A stretch of 64,000 bases of DNA. Origin: Lepidodermella squamata. Taxonomy: Eukaryota; Animalia; Gastrotricha. Shown in pieces: positions 41,544 to 53,847 of this stretch. Under the pieces are notes generated by a model. It worked only from the letters and a program-made list of their open reading frames with translations. It was not told the origin of the DNA and made no database searches. The position numbers and the translations under genes are program-made. The DNA is taken from NCBI GenBank assembly GCA_047495785.1, contig JBLDXI010000036.1:682001-746000 (forward strand), given 5' to 3'. Position 1 is the stretch's first letter. The number at the start of each line of letters is the position of its first letter.

Positions 41544-43474
41544 GATTTACCCCCAGATGCTCAACCCTCACTTGCTCAACCCTCACTTGCTCAACCCTTG
41601 AGTAAACATTGTTACGCAACACGTATTAATATACAGGGCGAGGACTAAAGCGCAACAATTCTTTTACTTGAAATACTTGTGTAAAACTCAACAAAAAGCA
41701 AACTCAAAAAGCAAACGATATCGGCTAATGAAAAATGGACTTCATAGACAACAACAAAACGGAAAGACGATCGAGAGTAGCAAAAATAAAATCTTTAGGC
41801 CACGGCTGCGGGACGGCAACAAAATCATCAACAATTTCCTGAATGGATTTATTAATAGCTATGTACTTCGGCACTCGGCGGCGAATTCGGCCGTGATTAA
41901 CTCCGGGCTTCATTTGTTCGACTTTTGCGGCTGCCTCGGTATCTTCGTCGCGAAGCAACGCGACTAGGTTCCACATCGGCAACCGCCGACCACCCGCAAG
42001 TTTATTCACCTTGCCGTTGTAGCCCTCGCCAATGTTGTTCGTCCGATGGCGCTCACCGAAAACGTTCCACTCCTTGGGCTCCACGCGGCCACCGCTGAAC
42101 CATTGGTCGCGCCAGTACTTGACGAAAAGACGCAGTGATGGGGGCGACGCAACTTCGAGAGCCGCAAAGGTAACCTCGACCGCATCCAGGGGCAGTAGCG
42201 CAAGCGCCATGAATCGGCGAACGAAGCGGCGGAACACCGGAACCTGCCGGTAACGACGCCAGTGCCCGTTTTCCTTGATGTAGGAAAGTATGCATTTGCA
42301 ATAATGAAAAAAGCAGCCTATTATTTTAGCGAAGAAGTCGCGAATCGAGGGCAAGAATCCCGTTTCAAAATCGACGGTTATGATTTTTTCGGAAAAATCG
42401 AGTTTGCCGTCTTGCATTAACAGCCGGAACATGAGGCGGTAGCAATCATCACTCTTGTGCGAGAGAAAGACGAAGATAGCCGGCAACGCGACCCACTCGT
42501 CGGCCTCGTCGTGGCGATGTAGAATGTGGAAAATGAATAACTGGAAAAAGATTTTCGGCACGATCTATAAATGAACTCATTATTTAGAAGAGGATTAAGG
42601 AGGGTTAGAGGATTATCACCTCGTGGTAAGTCTCGCAGTCCTATGAATTTTTTTTTTAAATTCAGTAATTAAATTAAAAAATAATTCTTACTTTGTTACT
42701 GCCCGCGTGATACGGCAAATGACAAGCGCCATCTTCAGACTGGCATCGCACTTCGATTCCTCCATCGTCCTTGATGTAAGCTTTCGCATTACATTGAGTT
42801 TTCCTCTGCAAAACACATCGCCAAAACGGCCGACCTGCCTTAGTGAAGGCCTGATGGTAGTGGTTGCCGTTGTAACAAAGGAGTGGTTTCCGCTTAGTCG
42901 TCTGGTAGATGTGGTAGTGTGGTATTTCAGGTGGGTCATGGTCCACCTCAACCGGCTGATCAGTTTCGACGGGTTGGCTCTGCTCAGCCTGCTCCTTTCT
43001 TGGGGCATTTCGACTTAAAGTCTTTACCAAGTGCTCCAGTTCTTTAATACGATTTCGCGCTGTTTGAGGAGACAAAACGGGACTATCGGCTGCCAGCGGC
43101 GTGCGCTGTGCGGCTGGAGGCTTAGGCGCGGGAGGCTGAGGCGCGGGGGTAGTTGCTGGTTTGGCTGGTGGAGGCGCTGCGGCAGTGCCTTTGTGCATGG
43201 CCCGGCCGTGATTAGACAGCCCGGCGCCATTCTTAAACTCGCGCTTACAGGTATCACAAGTAATCATGAGTGCTTTTGACTGTAGTGGTGATCGCGAGGG
43301 CCCTTCAATCTCATTAAATACATCGCGACACATGCTTGTCACACCACCAGTGAGTAAACAACACCCGTCTCACGCGCGCGCATAGACACGTGCGGGGCGT
43401 GTGTGCGCACATGTTACTATTAATGATATTATTTAGGGTTGAGCAAGTGAGGGTTGAGCATCTGGGGGAATACC
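41544..43474 (-). mobile_element. Mutator-like (MULE) transposon, probably internally deleted (1931 bp)
   Basis: TIRs ...CCCCCAGATGCTCAACCCTCACTTGCTCAACCC with 15-bp subrepeats. Flanking duplication GACTTTTG (41536-41543, 43475-43482). Confidence 0.85.
41725..43342 (-). CDS. C2H2 + FLYWCH + MULE transposase domain protein, 3 predicted exons (introns 42641-42691, 42565-42619)
   Basis: CDTC...NHGRAMH; LCYNGNHY...FWRC...CNAKAYI; FQLFIFH, VDFE, GCFFHY, RTNNIGEGYN. No clear DGTF motif. Confidence 0.75.
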
Positions 43475-44661
43475 GACTTTTGAATGGATTTTCTCATTTA
43501 TTTTTCACGTTACATCAAGGTTGCGGCTCGGAAATTGTTCAATGTGGACTAATCAGAATTTATTTTATTTATTTGTTTATTATTCCTACATACGCATGGT
43601 AAAATTTAGCCATTGGGAAATTTAATTTCTCTATGGCTGAATTATAGAATCTGGAACCCCTCGTGCCAAACTCACTCGGGGTTCCAGATCGGGGGGAAAT
43701 TTTATTTCTCCATGGCTAGCCAAAGAGTATTCCCTTATTTCGATATTGCCTCTGTTGAAAGAATTATTGCTTTCTCAGCATACTCGGAGAATCGAATTCG
43801 AGACCTCTTGAAAATATGTTGCCTATTTGCAAGTGTTTGCAATGTTTTTAGAACGGCCGGCTGATTTTTGGCGGTGACGTCTGGCGTATAAAAGAATTTC
43901 TAATCTAAATGACTTCGCTTTCCCACCAAATTGTACGCTTCAAAAGTGATATTTTGGTTGTTGTAATGATAATCAGCGATACACGTGGTGCCAAAAAATT
44001 TTCGCAGCCTCTCCGAACGTGTTGGGGATGGTGGGCGACACGGGCAATGCATGAACCAAGTTCTAACCCCTGCGTCCGAGAACAAAAAAATATCCTGAAA
44101 ATGTATCTAAATAAAAATGAAATTTCATTATGAAAAAACATTTATTTTTAGGGCGGTGAATTAGACCCTATGTGTCATATTTTAAGTTGGGTTTTATTTT
44201 GTTCAACTACAATGATCTCTAATGATGGAGTGAACACTGAGCCCATAGCATTTCAGATTTTGACGTGAAAAGCACTTGAACATAGACCTTGGGCAAATAT
44301 TTAGATAATAAATGACCCGGTTTTATATCATGCACTTGAATCACCCTCAAAATGTCAACTTCTGATGAGTTCACCAAGCTCGTGTCTGTTGTTGTGTTCA
44401 AGGCATGGGACATGGCGCTTAAATCACGCCTCATTACTGTACGTTTTTTCAGAAAAATCCTCATCCATCGCTAAATTAGCCGCAATGATTGCATAAAAAC
44501 GCAAAGACGTAATTAAGGCAGGACTGGCGTACTGTCTGAATCTGCAGAAAACAGACAAATTATAAAATTAGGCTTCGCCTCGTGCGTCTGCGTACTTGCT
44601 AAATAAAAGCGCACAAATTATATTGAATCACAGCTCTCAACATTTTATCCTGAATAAACTA

Positions 44662-47600
44662 ATGGAACCAAAGTTTTCTAAATTTGCGTTGATTCTCGCC
44701 GTTTTCGTGGTTCGGTCAATTCATGGACAGAATACCAAGTTGGAGATGTATTTCGGCACCACCGTAATTCAGGTTCTCGATCCGGCTGGTGATATTTGCC
44801 CACATGTTCAAAAGCTGATGATCGACATGGTCAACAAACGGAACGACATCTTGCCCGGCTATGATTTGGTCGCTTTCAACCAGGATGAAGGACCAGGGAG
44901 TGTTCTGCTAACCCAGCGGGTGATTGAATTCTACAGGAGACCGCCAGCTAACAACTCAGTAAAATCGCCTGTTGTTTTCGCAGGAGGCTACACTGCTGGA
45001 TGCAAATCTCTGGCGCAAATTCTTCACCATTCAGATTTGGTCGGTATTTCTCCAGTTTGTTTATCGCCCTCGTTCACGGCTAATCGGGTATTGTTCCCTA
45101 ATTTCTATCGCATCCGTGCGTCCGGAGAGGCTCTAGCCCTGCCTAGGCTCAACTTCATCAAAAACCTCGGTGTGTGGCGAAAAATCGCGATACTGGCGAA
45201 TGCAGGCTCTACGATTGTCAACTTTCACGTTGCATCGTACTTCTACAATCTTGCAGTTACGAATGGCGTTCAAGTTGCGCATTACGATGCAGCTTTTGAC
45301 TTGAACGATGACTTGTTATCCGGATTGAAACGCTCTCGCGCAAGGGTGATAGTATATGAAATTTCAGATTCTACCAATGCAATGCTTTTTCTTTGCAAAT
45401 GCTTCAGTTTCGGCTTGACTGGACCTCGGTATGTTTTCATAATGGCTGGTAACGCTTATGGAGATCTAAGTCTTAGACCCGATGCTATTGCCCCAGGGTG
45501 TAACAAGGCCATTGTCTCTCAACAATATAAATCGACTGTTTTTATCGGATCTATCTGGTCAAGCTTTGGGGTTGAAAACACGGGTATAACAAGTCTAGGC
45601 TATGACACCAAACAGTTTGACGAAATGCTCGATAACGCCGTTCCCGATGCGAGAAACATGACCGGCTACAGCAGGCGTTACCTTTGCCACGATCACAGAC
45701 TTTCGGTCTGGTCTTCGGAGTAAGACTAAGACCAGACCAAGACTGGGTCAATTTTTCGGTCATCGGTCTGCTCAAGACCAGAGAGGAAATTTCGGCCTGT
45801 CTGGGTCTTGTGGTCTTGATTTTCTGTAATTTGATCGTCATCGCCAAATATAAAAAAAATGCCAAAATATGTCATTAATTTATATCTCTGCCGTCCAATA
45901 TGACAATCCGAACACAAAAGTCAACACTGCCTACGAGTTTCTCCAGTGATTATTTTTTTTTTAATTTCAATTTTCAGGAGTGATTCCTCCGAAGCTTGGA
46001 TCTTGAATCATTTATAAATTCAAATAAGATTTCAAATAATTTTAATTATTATTCAATTCAATTCAGTTCAATTCAAAAATAATTTCAAATAATTTCAAAA
46101 TAAGCTTGCAAATAGCAGGATTAGAGAGGGCGCCTACTGTTAGCAGTGAGGCGAGAGCGTTGTTTACCCAAGCCTGTGTTCATGTGGTGCCATAGAGCTA
46201 GTTTTAAGAAAACTAAAACTAAAACTAGCTCTATGGCACCACATGTGTGGTGCTAAGCTGGCCCCTGGCTCGCATTTTCTTATTCTCATGTAATTAGGTC
46301 ACAAGCTGCCAATGTGATACTGAATATGCTAAACAACTCGGTAGGTCGGCCTTATCTCAGAATAGAATGACTCTATAAATTACCACTGACACTTTTAACT
46401 CGCTCTATGTTTTCCGAGGTACACCTAAATTTATTTTCAATAATTTAGAAATTTAATAAAATTCTTATGGTCTTTGGTCTTGGTCTTGGTTTTTAAGACC
46501 TGGCTACAATTTCGGTCTGGGTCTTGGTCTTACACTAGGGCAAAAAGGTCTGGTCTGGCTAAGACCAGCAAAAAATGACAGACCGATAGTCTGCACGATC
46601 AGTACCTTCAAGCCATTCTAACGCTAGACGGGGCTGAAAAGATCCTCAACATGAAAAATATGTCTCTCATGGATTACGGCAAACAGCCGAAGATGGTAAT
46701 GAGAGCAACGAATGAAAGTGCTGCATCTATCAGCTTCCTCGGCTTCAGGCGGGGTGTTATTGAGTATTCGAGTAGGCTAGAACAGGACTCGGAGCCTCAG
46801 TACATCTTCCAGTGGATACCAGAGGAAAATAGGGCTCGGATTAGTTACGAAATCACACTACTGCCGAACAAAACCAATGTGAGCGATGTGTCAAGTTATG
46901 CGATTCATAATTTCGATCATTTCGTCTGGTACACGGAGACTAATCAAGCCCCAGCTGATTGGCCGGGCGAGGAAATTGAGGTTACTCACGTCCCAGATGC
47001 TTTTCTCATCTTTGCATGCGTCTTCAACGGAGTAGCGATCCTCGCTCAGTTGCTGGCTTTAGTTTCGAAGTTTGAAATTGATAGGATTGTTTTTGCCCTG
47101 GCTTGGATGCTACTCAACACAGCTTCGATCCTGTTCGCCTTGAATGTTCACTCAGCAGCCGTCTGCAATATGAAGTATATTTTCCTTGTCATTGGAGCAA
47201 CCGTCGTTCATTTAGCTCTATATCGCAAGCTAGCTTCTTACGTGACTTCAAAGCGCCGTGCCACTATATTATCCTACAATTTGAAGACGAATGTATTTCC
47301 TATTAGGTTTCCGTCTGTTTCATCAAAACAGGTGAGGAAGAGATGCTCTTCGCGTCTGCAATTACTGTTCGCCAATGTTGCACCCGCCCTTGTCCTAGTC
47401 ATTAGTTTATCAATATTAGCCGCGTGGCTGGTAAACAATCCAATGGAGTCACGTATTAAGATCATTCAGAGTGAGTACGTCGCAGAACGTGACATCTTAC
47501 GCCATGTCTATATCGAATTATGCGAAGCTAGCGATGTTGAGGATTTGAAATTTATGATGACGTTAGCGGCGATCGACCTAATTCCTGCAGGCGCTGCTGT

Positions 47601-47850
47601 CTTATTAGCAATAGCCATTGCTAAGGTCGAAGAGCCGGAAATCAAACGCTATCGCATGGCCTCACTCAGCAACTTGCCCTTAGTCATTGGGGCGATTTTC
47701 ATGGTTGTAGCATCGACTAACTACCATGTAACCCAGCAAATTGTTGCATCTCTCGCATGTTTGAGTATTTCAGGTTTGACCAGTGGGTTTGTACTATTCT
47801 CAGATAAAGCTGCAGCGGTTGCACGTCGATCGATAGAATTTTTTAAGTGA
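44662..47850 (+). pseudogene. GABA-B-like class C GPCR (copy 4) interrupted by a hAT MITE; otherwise open
   Basis: 44662-45695 plus 46602-47850 join in frame (RRYLCHDQYLQAIL). Confidence 0.88.
45696..46593 (+). mobile_element. Non-autonomous hAT (898 bp) with ends matching the autonomous element at 24253-27518
   Basis: TIRs CAGACTTTCGGTCTG / CAGACCGATAGTCTG. 8-bp TSD CACGATCA (45688-45695, 46594-46601). The first and last ~125 bp are highly similar to the autonomous element ends. Confidence 0.93.
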
Positions 47851-47889
47851 AATGTTATTGAAGCGTTGTCAAAATAAATTTCTACCGGC

Positions 47890-48110
47890 CACTTTGCCAT
47901 TGCTCATCGCAGCGATTTTCATTATTTTAGTATCAAATAATACTATAAATACTATAAATACTATGTAACACAACAAATCGTTGCTTCTGTCGCTTGTATG
48001 AATATTTCGGTTCTGACCAGTGGCTTTATACTTTTCTCTGATAGAGCTCTGGTGATTGCCCACCGATTGGTCGAATTTATAACAAGTAAAATGTGAGTTA
48101 AATATTTATC
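47890..48110 (+). pseudogene. Relic of a GPCR 3' end (TM6-TM7), paralogous to 33117-33245
   Basis: gcgattttcattattttag...caacaaatcgttgcttc...acaagtaaaat. Confidence 0.55.
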
Positions 48111-49833
48111 AGAATAAATAAATGAATTCTATAATGAAGAACGCGACTTACAGAATTTCACGCTGAATTTAATGATGAATTATTTCAAATTATGCTGATA
48201 AATTATGACAAACTTGAAAGCTTCAAAAAATGGCATTAAGCCCATTGAAACTTCCAAAATTTGGTTCCGCTGAAAGTAAGACCCAAACTCTCTGACTCTT
48301 ATCCCGATGTTCAAGTACAGGCGGTAAGTACCCTAAACAAGAAACAACAGGCAACGCCAGCGCATTTAATATCATTGTGATTGGCTTAAATCCACACAGT
48401 GATCCGACTGCGGGGAATAAGGGTGTGACGCGTACCCCATCAGGTCCGGACATTTGGATTTTTCAAAGCAGAAAGGTCCATTACGTTTCCAAAATTTGGG
48501 ATTAGGGCTGGAAAAATGCTGTCTACCACCCATCTGCTGGGCCTATTCAGATCGCTGAATCGACCATACCAATTAAAGTGATTTAAACATCCTATTTTCA
48601 CGAGAAATAGCAGCTGAAAAATGCTCATTTTGGTATTTTCAGAAATGAATCGCCCATAAATCTTCTCGTTTCGCTCGCTTCATGGTTTGATATTAGATAC
48701 GAAGACTGCAGAATGGACCAAAGTCCCATAGACAAATTCTCGCACACAAAATACTCTCACGGTGACACTTTTAGATGAAGTCACTACATTAGCATATAGT
48801 TAGCTAATGTCTCCTAATTCTAGGTTTACAGTAATGTAAAGGATCATCAAATGATCCCGACTAAGTACGTGATGGTGGCATCATCTTTCGAAACCCTGCC
48901 CAACCTAGCCTCCGCGATGTCATAAAAATGCAAAGCCATATAATTTCGGTTGCATTCTTATACCCTGACGCGATGTCCGGATATCCTTACAACGGACAAG
49001 ATTTTTCTTCAGAATCAGTGTAGTAAGTAGCGGAGGAGGGTTTTTTTCTTTCTTTCAAACGACTTCCTGTGGATCTTATGGATGACATAGCAGAATGCTC
49101 AACAACAGAACAGATTCGATATGAAAATGACGAAGAAGAAAAGATGAATCACGATGTAATCTCATTATCGATTAGCAGCTTGACTAAGTGTCTTTTATTC
49201 GGATGTTCTTAATGGGGAATCCAGAGCTGGAAAACTCGCAGATATGACATGACGCACCAGGTGCGTAGGAAGTTTTGAGGGAAAAATAAGTAAAAATTGA
49301 AGGAAATAACGGTTTCGTTTAGCAGGAAATTACGGGGTGGAGGAATTCCTGCAGGTTTCCCAGCTATGGGGAAATCAATCGGAGTAAATAATGTACATCG
49401 AGTTTGAAATTTTGCGGAAACACGTTTTGTTCACAAACTATGAAATCATACTTCGGTTTGATATAAAAGAACTACCTGAAAGCTTCCGCCTGTTGTGATA
49501 ACGGACTACTTATTCGAGTGTCACCTCCACCCTACCTTAAATGCCTCAGTATCAACTCATTATTTTCCATTTTTCTTACTAGCAAGAGCTTTTATATTTC
49601 TTTATAATTCGCTAATTTTCTATAATTCAGCCCATCCGTGAGGAGAATCTTGTTTTAATTCCCAGACGAACGGTTATGTTGCCGACACAGTGTTTGGTCA
49701 TTGTGTTCCATTGTGTTTCTTGCTGGAGAAATTGTTTGAGGGTCTGTTAATTTTGTGAAGAATCTGGTTGAGAAATTAGCTATCAGGAAATTTCCCTGGC
49801 AATTTTTGCGATTGATCGCTTTGTAATTAGTTA

Positions 49834-50004
49834 CCGTATTTGTTCCAATAGTAGCCCATTCACTAATAATCGCCCATCCCATGTAGCCCAGGGTTGAGGG
49901 GTCAAGTCGGTTCGATAACATGATAAATCAAGTTAATTTGTGAAATTGTCATAATTTCGAGGTTGAAATTTAAGTAGCCCGGGCTGCAGTAAAAACAAAT
50001 ACGG
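49834..50004. mobile_element. Small pogo-like MITE (171 bp)
   Basis: TIRs CCGTATTTGTT / AACAAATACGG with TA flanks. Absent from the paralogous region upstream of copy 3 (~36325). Confidence 0.75.
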
Positions 50005-50448
50005 TATTTGTTGCGAGCTTTTTTACTCGAGGACATTAATGCCTTATGACCTGAGTAAGAAATTTATCATTTATATTTATTCAGTTATCCAAAATGTTGC
50101 ACTGAATACGCTTTTAAAGGAACATTTTCTGATGAGGCGACCTAGCTGCTGTCCCTTATTCGAGGTGTTTAATCACGGAAGGCGACGTCGCATGATGCGG
50201 GACGACGTACGTCATAGTGCACGTTTTAGATAATCCGGCCAATTATCGTATAAAATTATAATATAAAATTGCAAATACATAATTTTGGCTGGATTCTCAA
50301 TCCTTGACGCGATGTCCAACCTCCAGGGGAAGACATTAATAACTTAATTAGGCTTCTCTTTATTTATCAAAGCGCATACCTGAGCTGCAAGAGCGCTAAA
50401 TAATAGAGTGACCATTTTTTCAAATCTTAGCATTTTTGAATCATTAAG

Positions 50449-52719
50449 ATGGCAATAACGTTTACTCAACTTGCGGCATTATTCTCAGTCTTCATCGCAC
50501 ATTCAGTCAATGGGCAAAATACCAAGTTGGAGATGTTTTTCGGCTATACCAATATCCAAGCCTCCGATCCTGCTAACGACATTTGTCCTCATGTTCAAAA
50601 GCTATTGTTCGACATTGTCAGCAAGCGGAACGACATCTTGCCGGGCTACGAGTTGGTAGCCAATAACCTGGATGAAGGACCGGGGAGTATTTTCCTAACC
50701 AAACGAGTGATAGAATTCTATAGGAAACCATCAGCTAACAATTCAATGAAATCGCCCGTTGTAATCGCAGGAGGCTTCACGGCTGGATGCAAATCTCTGG
50801 CGCAAATTGCCCACCATTCGAATTTGGTAGCAATTGCACCAGTTTGTCTATCGCCCTCGTTCACAGCCAATCGGGTCTTATTTCCGAATTTATATCGAAT
50901 TCGCCCGTCTGGCGAGTCACTAGCTCTGCCTAGGCTCAACTTCATCAAAAACCTGGGTAATTGGCAAAAAATCGCAATACTATCTAATTCCGCCTCAACG
51001 ATTGTCAACTTTTACGTTGCATCATTTTTCTACGATATGGCTGTAAAAAGTGGCCTAGAAGTTGTGCATTACGATGCCGCTTTCGACTTGACTGACGACT
51101 TGATATGGGGCTTGAAGCAATCAGGGGCAAGGGTGATAGTGTATGAAGTATTCGAAACAAATGGTGTCTCGACGTTTCTTTGCAAATGCTTCAGTGTCGG
51201 CCTGACCGGGCCTCGTTATGTTTTCATCGTTCCAAATAACGCCTATGCGGATATAGGTAAACGGCCAGATGTTATCGCCCCGGGGTGTACCAAGGCCATA
51301 GTAATGGAGCAGCATAAATATACAGTTTATATCGGATCAATATGGACAAGTTTTGGGGTGGAAAACACTGGTAAAACAAGTCTGGGATATGATGCGAAGC
51401 AATTCGAAGAGATGCTTGGCACAGCAGTTCGCAATGCGAGAAACATTTCCAACTACGACAAACGTTTCCTCTGCCACGATCAATACCTTCAAGCCATTCT
51501 AACCCTAGACGGGGCAGAGAAGATTCTGAGGACGAAGAATATGTCCTTCAAAGACTACAGCAATCAACCGGAGATAGTAATGAGAGCAACGAATGAAAGT
51601 GCGGCCGCTATCAAATTTGTAGGCTTTAGAAGGGGTGTAATAGAGTATTCTAGCAGGCTTGAGCAAGATTCGGAGCCTCTGTACATTGTCCAGTGGTTAC
51701 CAGAGGATAATAGGGCCCGGATCAACTACGAAATGACTCTGCAGCCCAGCAAATCAAATTCGAGTGATATCTCTATTTCGATTCGCAATTTCGAACCTTT
51801 CGTCTGGTACACGGAGACTAATCAGCCCCCAGCTGATTGGCCAGGCGAGGAAATCGACCTAATCCACGTCCCGGATTCTTATCTCATCTTCACATGTGTC
51901 TCGAGCGGAATAGCGACCGTCACCCAACTGCTGGCCCTGATTTCGGATATTGATTTTCGTAAGATTATTTTCACCATAGCTTGCATGCTACTCAACGCAG
52001 CTTCGATTCTCTTCGCCCTGAATGTTCACTCAGCAGCAGTTTGTAATATGAAGTATATTTTCGTCGTCATTGGAGCCACCGTTGTTCATTTGATTCTCTA
52101 TCGAAAGTTGGCATCACACGTGTCCACAAAGCGCCAAGCCACTTTATTTTCGTATGAATTCAAATCGACGGTGTTTCCTAGGCCCCCGCCTAAAATTCCC
52201 ACAGTGACCCCAAGCAGAGGGTCCAAGCGGATGCGATTTCTGTTCGCTAATGTTTTACCAGTAATTATCTTTGTCATCTGTCTATCCTTATTAGCTGCAT
52301 GGCTCGGTGAAAATCCCATGGAGTCCCGTATTATGATTTTCCGAAGTGAGTATTTGTCTGAACGCGACGTCTTACGTCACACCTATATCGAAGTATGCGA
52401 GGGTAATAGTGCGACTGACTCGACTTTCATGATGGCGTTGGCTGTGGTCGACCTGATTCCTGCGATGGCGGCTATTCTCATGTCCATAGCCATAGCTAGG
52501 GTCGAAGAGCCGGAAATGAAGCGTTATCGCATGGCCTCCCTCATCAACTTGCCCCTTGTCATCGGGGCGATTTTCATCATAATAGTGTCGTCTAATTACT
52601 ACGTGACCCAGCAAATCGTTGCTTCACTCACGTGTTTCATTGTTTCATTTGTCACCAGTATTTTCGTACTTTTCTCCGATAACGCTGTTGTCATTGTCCG
52701 TCGATTGATGCGTTTTTAA
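50449..52719 (+). CDS. Intronless GABA-B-like class C GPCR (copy 5, intact, 756 aa)
   Basis: Full ORF with signal peptide, VFT and 7TM; closest to copy 3. Confidence 0.88.
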   Translation: MAITFTQLAALFSVFIAHSVNGQNTKLEMFFGYTNIQASDPANDICPHVQKLLFDIVSKRNDILPGYELVANNLDEGPGSIFLTKRVIEFYRKPSANNSMKSPVVIAGGFTAGCKSLAQIAHHSNLVAIAPVCLSPSFTANRVLFPNLYRIRPSGESLALPRLNFIKNLGNWQKIAILSNSASTIVNFYVASFFYDMAVKSGLEVVHYDAAFDLTDDLIWGLKQSGARVIVYEVFETNGVSTFLCKCFSVGLTGPRYVFIVPNNAYADIGKRPDVIAPGCTKAIVMEQHKYTVYIGSIWTSFGVENTGKTSLGYDAKQFEEMLGTAVRNARNISNYDKRFLCHDQYLQAILTLDGAEKILRTKNMSFKDYSNQPEIVMRATNESAAAIKFVGFRRGVIEYSSRLEQDSEPLYIVQWLPEDNRARINYEMTLQPSKSNSSDISISIRNFEPFVWYTETNQPPADWPGEEIDLIHVPDSYLIFTCVSSGIATVTQLLALISDIDFRKIIFTIACMLLNAASILFALNVHSAAVCNMKYIFVVIGATVVHLILYRKLASHVSTKRQATLFSYEFKSTVFPRPPPKIPTVTPSRGSKRMRFLFANVLPVIIFVICLSLLAAWLGENPMESRIMIFRSEYLSERDVLRHTYIEVCEGNSATDSTFMMALAVVDLIPAMAAILMSIAIARVEEPEMKRYRMASLINLPLVIGAIFIIIVSSNYYVTQQIVASLTCFIVSFVTSIFVLFSDNAVVIVRRLMRF

Positions 52720-52857
52720 AGTGAAAATTATATTCAAAAAACTTATGAAAATAAATGTCAATTTATCTTAGCTGCAGACAATGCTTCTGTAACTATACCA
52801 TAGCACCCTGTGTCAAGAGAAATAAAGTTTCGGCATTGGCTCTTTCTGCGTTTCGAC

Positions 52858-53847
52858 CATAGACATAATATCAGTATAGACTGTCTACTCACGAGAAAAG
52901 GGGTGTAACGCCATGGGCGCCAGATGGTCAGCTGATTCATCAATTTCTTGGAGGCCAAAAATCGCGAATATTCGATTCTTTTCTTCTTGGTTCCAGGGCC
53001 TTATTGATTTTTTTGAAAAATAAGCTGTTGGTTCCAAACAGTTTAATTTACGGTGAACACAACTGTTATTTTTTTGTATTTTTCACATCGAAGTAACCTA
53101 ATCAAATTTTGAATAAAATATTTCGGTGATTTAAATTACAGCAATTAATTCCACTATTTAGGTCGAAATTGAACCAGTTTTTGCATGGTCCAAATAGGTT
53201 AAATTGAGATCTACCTTTTGATACTTGGAGCGATCTTGGGCGATTTTTTTCCGATTTTCTAGGATTTTTTAAGAAATCCACTCAGAAAAAAACAATGCAA
53301 AAATAACTGAGGATTAAATCCTGAACCTTTGTGTAAGCACGTGTGACGGAAGCACATGGCGCAGTTGGAAATTATCCAGCGCAGGGTCAGTGTTTAAAAT
53401 CAATGCAAAAACCATTGTCGGAGAATTTCGAAATTTCCAGAAAATCAGGAAAAAATCATCCAAGATCGCTCCAAGTATCAAAATGTAGGAATGAAAAGTT
53501 AGTATGAAGAATCTACTTTCTTTAAAAAGTCCTTCAATTTAACTATTTTTGAAGCTGTTGTCATGGTTTATTATCGAATGCAAAAACTAATTTCCTAATT
53601 ATTGATTAGTTGCTTAATTATTAAAATTAAAGAAAAAATATCACTGTGTTCCTCTCGAAGAGATCTATCTGATGACATTTGGTTCCTTGCATTCTGACCA
53701 TTTATCGTCAAGAAATCGATAGCGCAAATTTTAAATTTTCCGATTTTTGGCCTCCAAGAAATTGATGAATCAGCTGACCATCTGGCGCCCATGGCGTTAC
53801 ACCCCTTTTCTCGTGAGTAGACAGTCTATACTGATATTATGTCTATG
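52858..53847. mobile_element. Foldback-like non-autonomous P-like element (990 bp) with 107-bp perfect TIRs
   Basis: 52858-52964 is the reverse complement of 53741-53847. Termini CATAGACA. 8-bp TSD GTTTCGAC. Inner inverted pair at ~53217-53240 / 53460-53483. Confidence 0.92.

Noticed and set aside
46190-46235. Resemblance of tagagctag/gtttt to a Cas9 guide scaffold
   Set aside because: Only a short match in a different order, explained by a local palindrome.
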